Part shown: one piece after another, positions 40,201 to 55,099 of the stretch
Position numbering within the stretch: the first letter of the stretch is position 1
Layout of the letters: each line of letters starts with the position of its first letter
NCBI GenBank assembly: GCA_964016885.1
Contig: OZ024742.1
Span: forward strand, 1,984,001-2,048,000
Length of the DNA: 64,000 nucleotides
DNA from: Eledone cirrhosa
Lineage: Eukaryota
Reading direction: 5' to 3'
The notes under the pieces: model-generated
What the model was told of the DNA's origin: nothing
The model's input: only the letters and a program-made list of their open reading frames with translations
The model's database searches: none
Program-made: the position numbers and the translations under genes

Positions 40201-43200
40201 TTTAGAAATAGCTGTCAAATACCCACATTTACAACAGCTTCTTCCTGTACCATGAACTACCTGGTAGGTTGATCTTTTAGAAATAGCAGTCAAATACCCA
40301 CATTTACAACAGCTTCTTCCTGTACCAAGATCTAGCTGGTAGGTTGATCTTTTAGAAATAGCAGTCAAATACCCACATTTACAACAACTTCTTCCTGAAC
40401 CATGAACTACCTGGTAGGTTGATCTTTTAGAAATAGCAGTCAAATACCCACATTTACAACAGCTTCTTCCTGTACCAAGAACTAGCCGGTAGGTTGATCT
40501 TTTAGAAATAGCACTCAAATACCCACATTTACAACAGCTTCTTCCTGTACCAAGAACTAGCTGGTAGGTTGATCTTTTAGAAATAGCAGTCAAATACCCA
40601 CATTTACAACAGCTTCTTCCTGTACCAAGAACTAGCTGGTAGGTTGATCTTTTAGAAATAGCAGTCAAATACCCACATTTACAACAGCTTCTTCCTGTAG
40701 CAAGAACTACCTGGTAGGTTGATGTTTTAGAAATAGCAGTCAAATACCCACATTTACAACAGCTTCTTCTTGTACCAGGAACTAGCTGGTAGGTTGATAT
40801 TTTAGAAATAGCAGTCAAATACCCACATTTACAACAACTTCTTCCTGAACCATGAACTACCTGGTAGGTTGATCTTTTAAAAATAGCAGTCAAATACCCA
40901 CATTTACAACAGCTTCTTCCTGTACCAAGAACTAGCTGGTTGGTTGATCTTTTAGAAATAGCTTTCAAATACCCACATTTACAACAGCTTCTTCCTGTAC
41001 CATGAACTACCTGGTAGGTTGATCTTTTAGAAATAGCAGTCAAATACCCACATTTACAACAGCTTCTTCCTGTACCAAGAACTAGCTGGTAGGTTGATCT
41101 TTTAGAAATAGCAGTCAAATACCCACATTTACAACAACTTCTTCCTGAACCATGAACTACCTGGTAGGTTGATCTTTTAGAAATAGCAGTCAAATACCCA
41201 CATTTACAACAGCTTCTTCCTGTACCAAGAACTAGCCGGTAGGTTGATCTTTTAGAAATAGCAGTCAAATACCCACATTTACAACAGCTTCTTCCTGTAC
41301 CAAGAACTAGCTGGTAGGTTGATCTTTTAGAAATAGCAGTCAAATACCCACATTTACAACAGCTTCTTCCTGTACCAAGAACTAGCTGGTAGGTTGATCT
41401 TTTAGAAATAGCAGTCAAATACCCACATTTACAACAGCTTCTTCCTGTAGCAAGAACTACCTGGTAGGTTGATGTTTTAGAAATAGCAGTCAAATACCCA
41501 CATTTACAACAGCTTCTTCTTGTACCAAGAACCACCTGGTAGGTTGATCTTTTAGAAATAGCAGTCAAATACCCACATTTACAACAGCTTCTTCCCGTAG
41601 CATGAACTACCTGGTACGTTGATCTTTTAGAAATAGCAGTCAAATACCCACATTTACAACAGCTTCTTCCTGTACCAAGAACTACCTGGTAGGTTGATCT
41701 TTTAGAAATAGCAGTCAAATACCCACATTTACAACAGCTTCTTCCTGTACCAAGAACTACCTGGTAGGTTGATCTTTTAGACATAGCAGTCAAATACCCA
41801 CATTTACAACACCTTCTTCTCGTACCAAGAACTACCTGGTAGGTTGATCTTTTAGAAATAGCAGTCAAATACCCACACTTACAACAGCTTCTTCCTGTAC
41901 CAAGAACTAGCTGGTAGGTTGATCTTTTAGAAATAGCAGTCCAATACCCACATTTACAAGAGCTTCTTCCTGTACCATGAACTACCTGGTAGGTTGATGT
42001 TTTAGAAATAGCAGTCAAATACCCACATTTACAACAGCTTCTTCCTGTACCAAGAACTACCTGGTAGGTTGATCTTTTAGAAATAGCAGTCAAATACCCA
42101 CATTTACAACAGCTTCGTCCAGTAGTACAAACCACCTGGTAGGTTGATCTTTAGAAATAGCAGTCAAATACCCACATTTACAACAACTTCTTCCTGAACC
42201 ATGAACTACCTGGTAGGTTGATCTTTTAGAAATGGCAGTCAAATACCCACATTTACAACAGCTTTTTCCTGTACCAAGAACTAGCTGGTAGGTTGATCTT
42301 TTAGAAATAGCAGTCAAATACCCACATTTACAACAGCTTTTTCCTGTACCAAGAACTAGCTGGTAGGTTGATCTTTTAGAAATAGCAGTCAAATACCCAC
42401 ATTTACAACAGCTTCTTCCTGTAGCAAGAACTACCTGGTAGGTTGATCTTTTAGAAATGGCAGTCAAATACCCACATTTACAACAGCTTCTTCCTGTAGC
42501 AAGAACTAGCTGGTAGGTTGATCTTTTAGAAATAGCAGTCAAATACCCACATTTACAACAGCTTCTTCCTGTAGCAAGAACTAGCTGGTAGGTTGATCTT
42601 TTAGAAATGGCAGTCAAATACCCACATTTACAACAGCTTCTTCCTGTAGCAAGAACTACCTGGTAGGTTGATCTTTTAGAAATGGCAGTCAAATACCCAC
42701 ATTTACAACAGCTTCTTCCTGTAGCAAGAACTACCTGGTAGGTTGATCTTTTAGAAATGGCAGTCAAATACCCACATTTACAACAGCTTCTTCCTGTACC
42801 AAGAACTAGTTGGTAGGTTGATCTTTTAGAAATAGCAGTCAAATACCCACATTTACAACAGCTTCTTCCTGTAGCAAGAACTACCTGGTAGGTTGATCTT
42901 TTAGAAATGGCAGTCAAATACCCACATTTACAACAGCTTCTTCCTGTACCAAGAACTACCTGGTAGGTTGATCTTTTAGAAATAGCAGTCAAATACCCGC
43001 ATTTACAACAGCTTCTTCCTGTAGCAAGAACTACCTGGTAGGTTGATCTTTTAGAAATGGCAGTCAAATACCCACATTTACAACAGCTTCTTCCTGTACC
43101 AAGAACTACCTGGTAGGTTGATCTTTTAGAAATAGCAGTCAAATACCCACATTTACAACAGCTTCTTCCTGTAGCAAGAACTACCTGGTAGGTTGATCTT

Positions 43201-46200
43201 TTAGAAATGGCAGTCAAATACCCACATTTACAACAGCTTCTTCCTGTACCAAGAACTAACTGGTAGGTTGATCTTTTAGAAATAGCAGTCAAATACCCAC
43301 ATTTACAACAGCTTCTTCCTGTAGCATGAACTACCTGGTAGGTTGATGTTTTAGAAATAGCAGTCAAATACCCACATTTACAACAGCTTCTTCCTGTACC
43401 ATGAACCACCTGGTAGGGTGATCCTTTAGAAATAGCCGTCAAATACCCACATTTACAACAGCTTCTTCCTGTACCAAGAACTAGCTGGTAGGTTGATCTT
43501 TTAGAAATAGCAGTCAAATACCCACATTTACAACTGCTTCTTCTTGTACCAAGAACTAGCTGGTTGGTTGATCTTTTAGAAATAGCAGTCAAATACCCAC
43601 ATTTACAACAGCTTCTTCCTGTACCAAGAACTAGCTGGTAGGTTGATCTTTTAGAAATGGCAGTCAAATACCCACATTTACAACAGCTTCTTCCTGTACC
43701 AAGAACTAGCTGGTTGGTTGATCTTTTAGAAATAGCAGTCAAATACCCACATTTACAACAGCTTCTTCTTGTACCAGGAACTAGCTGGTAGGTTGATATT
43801 TTAGAAATAGCAGTCAAATACCCACATTTACAACAACTTCTTCCTGAACCATGAACTACCTGGTAGGTTGATCTTTTAAAAATAGCAGTCAAATACCCAC
43901 ATTTACAACAGCTTCTTCCTGTACCAAGAACTAGCTGGTTGGTTGATCTTTTAGAAATAGCTGTCAAATACCCACATTTACAACAGCTTCTTCCTGTACC
44001 ATGAACTACCTGGTAGGTTGATCTTTTAGAAATAGCAGTCAAATACCCACATTTACAACAGCTTCTTCCTGTACCAAGATCTAGCTGGTAGGTTGATCTT
44101 TTAGAAATAGCAGTCAAATACCCACATTTACAACAACTTCTTCCTGAACCATGAACTACCTGGTAGGTTGATCTTTTAGAAATAGCAGTCAAATACCCAC
44201 ATTTACAACAGCTTCTTCCTGTACCAAGAACTAGCTGGTAGGTTGATCTTTTAGAAATAGCACTCAAATACCCACATTTACAACAGCTTCTTCCTGTACC
44301 AAGAACTAGCTGGTAGGTTGATCTTTTAGAAATAGCAGTCAAATACCCACATTTACAACAGCTTCTTCCTGTACCAAGAACTAGCTGGTAGGTTGATCTT
44401 TTAGAAATAGCAGTCAAATACCCACATTTACAACAGCTTCTTCCTGTAGCAAGAACTACCTGGTAGGTTGATGTTTTAGAAATAGCAGTCAAATACCCAC
44501 ATTTACAACAGCTTCTTCTTGTACCAGGAACTAGCTGGTAGGTTGATATTTTAGAAATAGCAGTCAAATACCCACATTTACAACAACTTCTTCCTGAACC
44601 ATGAACTACATGGTAGGTTGATCTTTTAAAAATAGCAGTCAAATACCCACATTTACAACAGCTTCTTCCTGTACCAAGAACTAGCTGGTTGGTTGATCTT
44701 TTAGAAATAGCTGTCAAATACCCACATTTACAACAGCTTCTTCCTGTACCATGAACTACCTGGTAGGTTGATCTTTTAGAAATAGCAGTCAAATACCCAC
44801 ATTTACAACAGCTTCTTCCTGTACCAAGAACTAGCTGGTAGGTTGATCTTTTAGAAATAGCAGTCAAATACCCACATTTACAACAACTTCTTCCTGAACC
44901 ATGAACTACCTGGTAGGTTGATCTTTTAGAAATAGCAGTCAAATACCCACATTTACAACAGCTTCTTCCTGTACCAAGAACTAGCCGGTAGGTTGATCTT
45001 TTAGAAATAGCAGTCAAATACCCACATTTACAACAGCTTCTTCCTGTACCAAGAACTAGCTGGTAGGTTGATCTTTTAGAAATAGCAGTCAAATACCCAC
45101 ATTTACAACAGCTTCTTCCTGTACCAAGAACTAGCTGGTAGGTTGATCTTTTAGAAATAGCAGTCAAATACCCACATTTACAACAGCTTCTTCCTGTAGC
45201 AAGAACTACCTGGTAGGTTGATGTTTTAGAAATAGCAGTCAAATACCCACATTTACAACAGCTTCTTCTTGTACCAAGAACCACCTGGTAGGTTGATCTT
45301 TTAGAAATAGCAGTCAAATACCCACATTTACAACAGCTTCTTCCCGTAGCATGAACTACCTGGTACGTTGATCTTTTAGAAATAGCAGTCAAATACCCAC
45401 ATTTACAACAGCTTCTTCCTGTACCAAGAACTACCTGGTAGGTTGATCTTTTAGAAATAGCAGTCAAATACCCACATTTACAACAGCTTCTTCCTGTACC
45501 AAGAACTACCTGGTAGGTTGATCTTTTAGACATAGCAGTCAAATACCCACATTTACAACACCTTCTTCTCGTACCAAGAACTACCTGGTAGGTTGATCTT
45601 TTAGAAATAGCAGTCAAATACCCACACTTACAACAGCTTCTTCCTGTACCAAGAACTAGCTGGTAGGTTGATCTTTTAGAAATAGCAGTCAAATACCCAC
45701 ATTTACAAGAGCTTCTTCCTGTACCATGAACTACCTGGTAGGTTGATGTTTTAGAAATAGCAGTCAAATACCCACATTTACAATAGCTTCTTCCTGTACC
45801 AAGAACTACCTGGTAGGTTGATCTTTTAGAAATAGCAGTCAAATACCCACATTTACAACAGCTTCGTCCAGTAGTACAAACCACCTGGTAGGTTGATCTT
45901 TAGAAATAGCAGTCAAATACCCACATTTACAACAACTTCTTCCTGAACCATGAACTACCTGGTAGGTTGATCTTTTAGAAATGGCAGTCAAATACCCACA
46001 TTTACAACAGCTTTTTCCTGTACCAAGAACTAGCTGGTAGGTTGATCTTTTAGAAATAGCAGTCAAATACCCACATTTACAACAGCTTTTTCCTATACCA
46101 AGAACTAGCTGGTAGGTTGATCTTTTAGAAATAGCAGTCAAATACCCACATTTACAACAGCTTCTTCCTGTAGCAAGAACTACCTGGTAGGTTGATCTTT

Positions 46201-49200
46201 TAGAAATGGCAGTCAAATACCCACATTTACAACAGCTTCTTCCTGTAGCAAGAACTAGCTGGTAGGTTGATCTTTTAGAAATAGCAGTCAAATACCCACA
46301 TTTACAACAGCTTCTTCCTGTAGCAAGAACTAGCTGGTAGGTTGATCTTTTAGAAATGGCAGTCAAATACCCACATTTACAACAGCTTCTTCCTGTAGCA
46401 AGAACTACCTGGTAGGTTGATCTTTTAGAAATGGCAGTCAAATAGCCACATTTACAACAGCTTCTTCCTGTAGCAAGAACTACCTGGTAGGTTGATCTTT
46501 TAGAAATGGCAGTCAAATACCCACATTTACAACAGCTTCTTCCTGTACCAAGAACTAGTTGGTAGGTTGATCTTTTAGAAATAGCAGTCAAATACCCACA
46601 TTTACAACAGCTTCTTCCTGTAGCAAGAACTACCTGGTAGGTTGATCTTTTAGAAATGGCAGTCAAATACCCACATTTACAACAGCTTCTTCCTGTACCA
46701 AGAACTACCTGGTAGGTTGATCTTTTAGAAATAGCAGTCAAATACCCACATTTACAACAGCTTCTTCCTGTACCAAGAACTAGCTGGTAGGTTGATCTTT
46801 TAGAAATAGCAGTCAAATACCCACATTTACAACAGCTTCTTGCTGTAGCATGAACTACCTGGTAGGTTGATGTTTTAGAAATAGCAGTCAAATACCCACA
46901 TTTACAACAGCTTCTTCCTGTACCATGAACCACCTGGTAGGGTGATCTTTTAGAAATAGCCGTCAAATACCCACATTTACAACAGCTTCTTCCTGTACCA
47001 AGAACTAACTGGTAGGTTGATCTTTTAGAAATAGCAGTCAAATACCCACATTTACAACAGCTTCTTCTTGTACCAAGAACTAGCTGGTAGGTTGATCTTT
47101 TAGAAATAGCCGTCAAATACCCACATTTACAGCAGCTTCTTCCTGTACCAAGAACTAGCTGGTAGGTTGATCTTTTAGAAATAGCCGTCAAATACCCACA
47201 TTTACAACAGCTTCTTCTTGTACCAAGAACTAGCTGGTAGGTTGATCTTTTAGAAATAGCAGTCAAATACCCACATTTACAACACCTTCTTCGTGTACCA
47301 AGAACTAGCTGGTAGGTTGATCTTTTAGAAATAGCCGTCAAATACCCACATTTACAACAGCTTCTTCCTGTACCAAGAACTAGCTGGTTGGTTGATCTTT
47401 TAGAAATAGCAGTCAAATACCCACATTTACAACAGCTTCTTCCTGTACCAAGAACTAGCTGGTAGGTTGATCTTTTAGAAATGGCAGTCAAATACCCACA
47501 TTTACAACAGCTTCTTCCTGTACCAAGAACTAGCTGGTTGGTTGACCTTTTAGAAATAGCAGTCAAATACCCACATTTACAACAGCTTCTTCCTGTACCA
47601 AGAACTACCTGGTAGGTTGATCTTTTAGAAATAGCAGTCAAATACCCACATTTACAACAACTTCTTCTTGTACCAAGAACTAGCTGGTAGGTTGATCTTT
47701 TAGAAATAGCAGTGAAATACCCACATTTACAACAGCTTCTTCTTGTACCAGGAACTAGCTGGTAGGTTGATATTTTAGAAATAGCAGTCAAATACCCACA
47801 TTTACAACAACTTCTTCCTGAACCATGAACTACCTGGTAGGTTGATCTTTTAAAAATAGCAGTCAAATACCCACATTTACAACAGCTTCTTCCTGTACCA
47901 AGAACTAGCTGGTTGGTTGATCTTTTAGAAATAGCTGTCAAATACCCACATTTACAACAGCTTCTTCCTGTACCATGAACTACCTGGTAGGTTGATCTTT
48001 TAGAAATAGCAGTCAAATACCCACATTTACAACAGCTTCTTCCTGTACCAAGAACTAGCTGGTAGGTTGATCTTTTAGAAATAGCAGTCAAATACCCACA
48101 TTTACAAGAGCTTCTTCCTGTACCATGAACTACCTGGTATGTTGATGTTTTAGAAACAGCAGTCAAATACCCACATTTACAATAGCTTCTTCCTGTACCA
48201 AGAACTACCTGGTAGGTTGCTCTTTTAGAAATAGCAGTCAAATACCCACATTTACAGCAGCTTCTTCCTGTACCAAGATCTAGCTGGTAGGTTGATCTTT
48301 AGAAATAGCAGTCAAATACCCACATTTACAACAACTTCTTCCTGAACCATGAACTACCTGGTAGGTTGATCTTTTAGAAATAGCAGTCAAATACCCACAT
48401 TTACAACAGCTTCTTCCTGTACCAAGAACTAGCCGGTAGGTTGATCTTTTAGAAATAGCAGTCAAATACCCACATTTACAACAGCTTCTTCCTGTACCAA
48501 GAACTAGCTGGTAGGTTGATCTTTTAGAAATAGCAGTCAAATACCCACATTTACAACAGCTTCTTCCTGTACCAAGAACTAGCTGGTAGGTTGATCTTTT
48601 AGAAATAGCAGTCAAATACCCACATTTACAACAGCTTCTTCCTGTAGCAAGAACTACCTGGTAGGTTGATGTTTTAGAAATAGCAGTCAAATACCCACAT
48701 TTACAACAGCTTCTTCTTGTACCAAGAACCACCTGGTAGGTTGATCTTTTAGAAATAGCAGTCAAGTACCCACATTTACAACAGCTTCTTCCCGTAGCAT
48801 GAACTACCTGGTACGTTGATCTTTTAGAAATAACAGTCAAATACCCACATTTACAACAGCTTCTTCCTGTACCAAGAACTACCTGGTAGGTTGATCTTTT
48901 AGAAATAGCAGTCAAATACCCACATTTACAACAGCTTCTTCCTGTACCAAGAACTACCTGGTAGGTTGATCTTTTAGACATAGCAGTCAAATACCCACAT
49001 TTACAACACCTTCTTCTCGTACCAAGAACTACCTGGTAGGTTGATCTTTTAGAAATAGCAGTCAAATACCCACATTTACAACAGCTTCTTCCTGTACCAA
49101 GAACTAGCTGGTAGGTTGATCTTTTAGAAATAGCAGTCAAATACCCACATTTACAAGAGCTTCTTCCTGTACCATGAACTACCTGGTAGGTTGATGTTTT

Positions 49201-52200
49201 AGAAATAGCAGTCAAATACCCACATTTACAATAGCTTCTTCCTGTACCAAGAACTACCTGGTAGGTTGATCTTTAAGAAATAGCAGTCAAATACCCACAT
49301 TTACAACAGCTTCGTCCAGTAGTACAAACCACCTGGTAGGTTGATCTTTAGAAATAGCAGTCAAATACCCACTTTTACAACAACTTCTTCCTGAACCATG
49401 AACTACCTGGTAGGTTGATCTTTTAGAAATGGCAGTCAAATACCCACATTTACAACAGCTTTTTCCTGTACCAAGAACTAGCTGGTAGGTTGATCTTTTA
49501 GAAATAGCAGTCAAATACCCACATTTACAACAGCTTTTTCCTGTACCAAGAACTAGCTGGTAGGTTGATCTTTTAGAAATAGCAGTCAAATACCCACATT
49601 TACAACAGCTTCTTCCTGTAGCAAGAACTACCTGGTAGGTTGATCTTTTAGAAATGGCAGTCAAATACCCACATTTACAACAGCTTCTTCCTGTAGCAAG
49701 AACTAGCTGGTAGGTTGATCTTTTAGAAATAGCAGTCAAATACCCACATTTACAACAGCTTCTTCCTGTAGCAAGAACTAGCTGGTAGGTTGATCTTTTA
49801 GAAATGGCAGTCAAATACCCACATTTACAACAGCTTCTTCCTGTAGCAAGAACTACCTGGTAGGTTGATCTTTTAGAAATGGCAGTCAAATACCCACATT
49901 TACAACAGCTTCTTCCTGTAGCAAGAACTACCTGGTAGGTTGATCTTTTAGAAATGGCAGTCAAATACCCACATTTACAACAGCTTCTTCCTGTACCAAG
50001 AAGTAGTTGGTAGGTTGATCTTTTAGAAATAGCAGTCAAATACCCACATTTACAACAGCTTCTTCCTGTAGCAAGAACTACCTGGTAGGTTGATCTTTTA
50101 GAAATGGCAGTCAAATACCCACATTTACAACAGCTTCTTCCTGTACCAAGAACTACCTGGTAGGTTGATCTTTTAGAAATAGCAGTCAAATACCCACATT
50201 TACAACAGCTTCTTCCTGTACCAAGAACTAGCTGGTAGGTTGATCTTTTAGAAATAGCAGTCAAATACCCACATTTACAACAGCTTCTTCCTGTAGCATG
50301 AACTACCTGGTAGGTTGATGTTTTAGAAATAGCAGTCAAATACCCACATTTACAACAGCTTCTTCCTGTACCATGAACCACCTGGTAGGGTGATCTTTTA
50401 GAAATAGCCGTCAAATACCCACATTTACAACAGCTTCTTCCTGTACCAAGAACTACCTGGTAGGTTGATCTTTTAGAAATAGCAGTCAAATACCCACATT
50501 TACAACAGCTTCTTCTTGTACCAAGAACTAGCTGGTAGGTTGATCTTTTAGAAATAGCCGTCAAATACCCACATTTACAGCAGCTTCTTCCTGTACCAAG
50601 AACTAGCTGGTAGGTTGATCTTTTAGAAATAGCCGTCAAATACCCACATTTACAACACCTTCTTCTTGTACCAAGAACTAGATGGTAGGTTGATCTTTTA
50701 GAAATAGCCGTCAAATACCCACATTTACAACAGCTTCTTCCTGTACCAAGAACTAGCTGGTTGGTTGATCTTTTAGAAATAGCAGTCAAATACCCACATT
50801 TACAACAGCTTCTTCTTGTACCAAGAACTACCTGGTAGGTTGATCTTTTAGAAATAGCAGTCAAATACCCACATTTACAACAACTTCTTCTTGTACCAAG
50901 AACTAGCTGGTAGGTTGATCTTTTAGAAATAGCAGTCAAATACCCACATTTACAACAGCTTCTTCTTGTACCAGGAACTAGCTGGTAGGTTGATCTTTTA
51001 GAAATAGCAGTCAAATACCTACATTTACAACAACTTCTTCCTGAACCATGAACTACCTGGTAGGTTGATCTTTTAAAAATAGCAGTCAAATACCCACATT
51101 TACAACAGCTTCTTCTTGTACCAAGAACTAGCTGGTAGGTTGATCTTTTAGAAATAGCAGTCAAATACCCACATTTACAACAGCTTCTTCCTGTACCAAG
51201 AACTAGCTGGTAGGTTGATCTTTTAGAAATAGCAGTCAAATACCCACATTTACAACAGCTTCTTCCTGTACCAAGAACTAGCTGGTAGGTTCATCTTTTA
51301 GAAATAGCAGTCAAATACCCACATTTACAACAGCTTCTTCTTGTACCAAGAACTAGCTGGTAGGTTGATCTTTAAGAAATAGCAGTCAAATACCCACATT
51401 TACAACAGCTTCGTCCAGTAGTACAAACCACCTGGTAGGTTGATCTTTAGAAATAGCAGTCAAATACCCACTTTTACAACAACTTCTTCCTGAACCATGA
51501 ACTACCTGGTAGGTTGATCTTTTAGAAATGGCAGTCAAATACCCACATTTACAACAGCTTTTTCCTGTACCAAGAACTAGCTGGTAGGTTGATCTTTTAG
51601 AAATAGCAGTCAAATACCCACATTTACAACAGCTTTTTCCTGTACCAAGAACTAGCTGGTAGGTTGATCTTTTAGAAATAGCAGTCAAATACCCACATTT
51701 ACAACAGCTTCTTCCTGTAGCAAGAACTACCTGGTAGGTTGATCTTTTAGAAATGGCAGTCAAATACCCACATTTACAACAGCTTCTTCCTGTAGCAAGA
51801 ACTAGCTGGTAGGTTGATCTTTTAGAAATAGCAGTCAAATACCCACATTTACAACAGCTTCTTCCTGTAGCAAGAACTAGCTGGTAGGTTGATCTTTTAG
51901 AAATGGCAGTCAAATACCCACATTTACAACAGCTTCTTCCTGTAGCAAGAACTACCTGGTAGGTTGATCTTTTAGAAATGGCAGTCAAATACCCACATTT
52001 ACAACAGCTTCTTCCTGTAGCAAGAACTACCTGGTAGGTTGATCTTTTAGAAATGGCAGTCAAATACCCACATTTACAACAGCTTCTTCCTGTACCAAGA
52101 AGTAGTTGGTAGGTTGATCTTTTAGAAATAGCAGTCAAATACCCACATTTACAACAGCTTCTTCCTGTAGCAAGAACTACCTGGTAGGTTGATCTTTTAG

Positions 52201-53470
52201 AAATGGCAGTCAAATACCCACATTTACAACAGCTTCTTCCTGTACCAAGAACTACCTGGTAGGTTGATCTTTTAGAAATAGCAGTCAAATACCCACATTT
52301 ACAACAGCTTCTTCCTGTACCAAGAACTAGCTGGTAGGTTGATCTTTTAGAAATAGCAGTCAAATACCCACATTTACAACAGCTTCTTCCTGTAGCATGA
52401 ACTACCTGGTAGGTTGATGTTTTAGAAATAGCAGTCAAATACCCACATTTACAACAGCTTCTTCCTGTACCATGAACCACCTGGTAGGGTGATCTTTTAG
52501 AAATAGCCGTCAAATACCCACATTTACAACAGCTTCTTCCTGTACCAAGAACTACCTGGTAGGTTGATCTTTTAGAAATAGCAGTCAAATACCCACATTT
52601 ACAACAGCTTCTTCTTGTACCAAGAACTAGCTGGTAGGTTGATCTTTTAGAAATAGCCGTCAAATACCCACATTTACAGCAGCTTCTTCCTGTACCAAGA
52701 ACTAGCTGGTAGGTTGATCTTTTAGAAATAGCCGTCAAATACCCACATTTACAACACCTTCTTCTTGTACCAAGAACTAGATGGTAGGTTGATCTTTTAG
52801 AAATAGCCGTCAAATACCCACATTTACAACAGCTTCTTCCTGTACCAAGAACTAGCTGGTTGGTTGATCTTTTAGAAATAGCAGTCAAATACCCACATTT
52901 ACAACAGCTTCTTCTTGTACCAAGAACTACCTGGTAGGTTGATCTTTTAGAAATAGCAGTCAAATACCCACATTTACAACAACTTCTTCTTGTACCAAGA
53001 ACTAGCTGGTAGGTTGATCTTTTAGAAATAGCAGTCAAATACCCACATTTACAACAGCTTCTTCTTGTACCAGGAACTAGCTGGTAGGTTGATCTTTTAG
53101 AAATAGCAGTCAAATACCTACATTTACAACAACTTCTTCCTGAACCATGAACTACCTGGTAGGTTGATCTTTTAAAAATAGCAGTCAAATACCCACATTT
53201 ACAACAGCTTCTTCTTGTACCAAGAACTAGCTGGTAGGTTGATCTTTTAGAAATAGCAGTCAAATACCCACATTTACAACAGCTTCTTCCTGTACCAAGA
53301 ACTAGCTGGTAGGTTGATCTTTTAGAAATAGCAGTCAAATACCCACATTTACAACAGCTTCTTCCTGTACCAAGAACTAGCTGGTAGGTTCATCTTTTAG
53401 AAATAGCAGTCAAATACCCACATTTACAACAGCTTCTTCTTGTACCAAGAACTAGCTGGTAGGTTGATCT
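31220..53470. repeat. Large variable-length higher-order repeat (seven marker copies, period 2.1-4.0 kb)
   Basis: Marker monomer cttcgtccagtagtacaaaccacc plus a 1-bp deletion (gatctttag) at ~31220, 35193, 38191, 42090, 45839, 49287 and 51386. Each is followed by two cagctttttc monomers and a tgtagcaag/atggc tract. Confidence 0.9.
49260..53470. repeat. Apparently identical 2099-bp tandem duplication (28 monomers minus 1 bp)
   Basis: Private variants recur at +2099: ctttaag 49275/51374, aagtagttgg ~50001/52100, aaatacct 51020/53119. The two 650-aa translations are identical. Confidence 0.92.
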
Positions 53471-55099
53471 TTTAGAAATAGAAGTCAAATACCCACATTT
53501 ACAACAGCTTCTTCCTGTACCAAGAACTAGCTGGTAGGTTCATCTTTTAGAAATAGCAGTCAAATACCCACATTTACAACAGCTTCTTACTGTACCATGA
53601 ACTACCTGGTAGGTTGATCTTTTAGAAATAGCAGTCAAATACCCACATTTACAACAGCTTCTTCCTGTACCATGAACTACCTGGTAAGTTGATCTTTTAG
53701 AAATAGCAGTCAAATACCCACATTTACAACAGCTTCTTACTGTACCAAGAACTACCTGGTAGGTTGATCTTTTAGAAATAGCAGTCAAATACCCACATTT
53801 ACAACGGCTTCTTACTGTAACAAGAACTACCTGGTAGGTTGATCTTTTTGAAATAGCAGTCAAATACCCACATTTACAACAGCTTCTTCTTGTACCAAGA
53901 ACTAGCTAGTAAGTTGATCTTTTAGAAATAGCAGTGAAATACCCACATTTACAAGAGCTTCTTCTTGTACCAAGAACTAGCTGGTAGGTTGATGTTTTAG
54001 AAATAGCAGTCAAATACCCACATTTACAACAGCTTCTTCTTGTACCAAGAACTAGATGGTAGGTTGATCTTTTAGAAATAGCAGTCAAATACCCACATTT
54101 ACAACAGCTTCTTCCTGTACCAAGATCTAGCTGGTAGGTTGATCTTTAGAAATAGCAGTCAAATACCCACATTTACAACAACTTCTTCCTGAACCATGAA
54201 CTACCTGTTAGGTTGATCTTTTAGAAATAGCAGTCAAATACCCACATTTACAACAGCTTCTTCCTGTACCAAGAACTAGCCGGTAGGTTGATCTTTTAGA
54301 AATAGCAGTCAAATACCCACATTTACAACAGCTTCTTCCTGTACCAAGAACTAGCTGGTAGGTTGATCTTTTAGAAATAGCAGTCAAATACCCACATTTA
54401 CAACAGCTTCTTCCTGTACCAAGAACTAGCTGGTAGGTTGATCTTTTAGAAATAGCAGTCAAATACCCACATTTACAACAGCTTCTTCCTGTAGCAAGAA
54501 CTACCTGGTAGGTTGATGTTTTAGAAATAGCAGTCAAATACCCACATTTACAACAGCTTCTTCTTGTACCAAGAACCACCTGGTAGGTTGATCTTTTAGA
54601 AATAGCAGTCAAATACCCACATTTACAACAGCTTCTTCCTGTAGCATGAACTACCTGGTACGTTGATCTTTTAGAAATAGCAGTCAAATACCCACATTTA
54701 CAACAGCTTCTTCCTGTACCAAGAACTACCTGGTAGGTTGATCTTTTAGAAATAGCAGTCAAATACCCACATTTACAACAGCTTTTTCCTGTACCAAGGA
54801 CTACCTGGTAGGTTGATCTTTTAGAAATGGCAGTCAAATACCCACATTTACAACAGCTTCTTGTACCAAGAACTAGCTGGTAGGTTGATCTTTTAGAAAT
54901 AGCAGTCAAATACCCACATTTACAACAGCTTCTTCCTGTACCAAGAACTAGCTGGTAGGTTGATCTTTTTGAAATAGCAGTCAAATACCCACATTTACAA
55001 CAGCTTCTTCCTGTACCAAGAACTAGCTGGTAGGTTGATCTTTTAGAAATAGCAGTCAAATACCCACATTTACAACAGCATCTTCCAGTACCAAGAACT

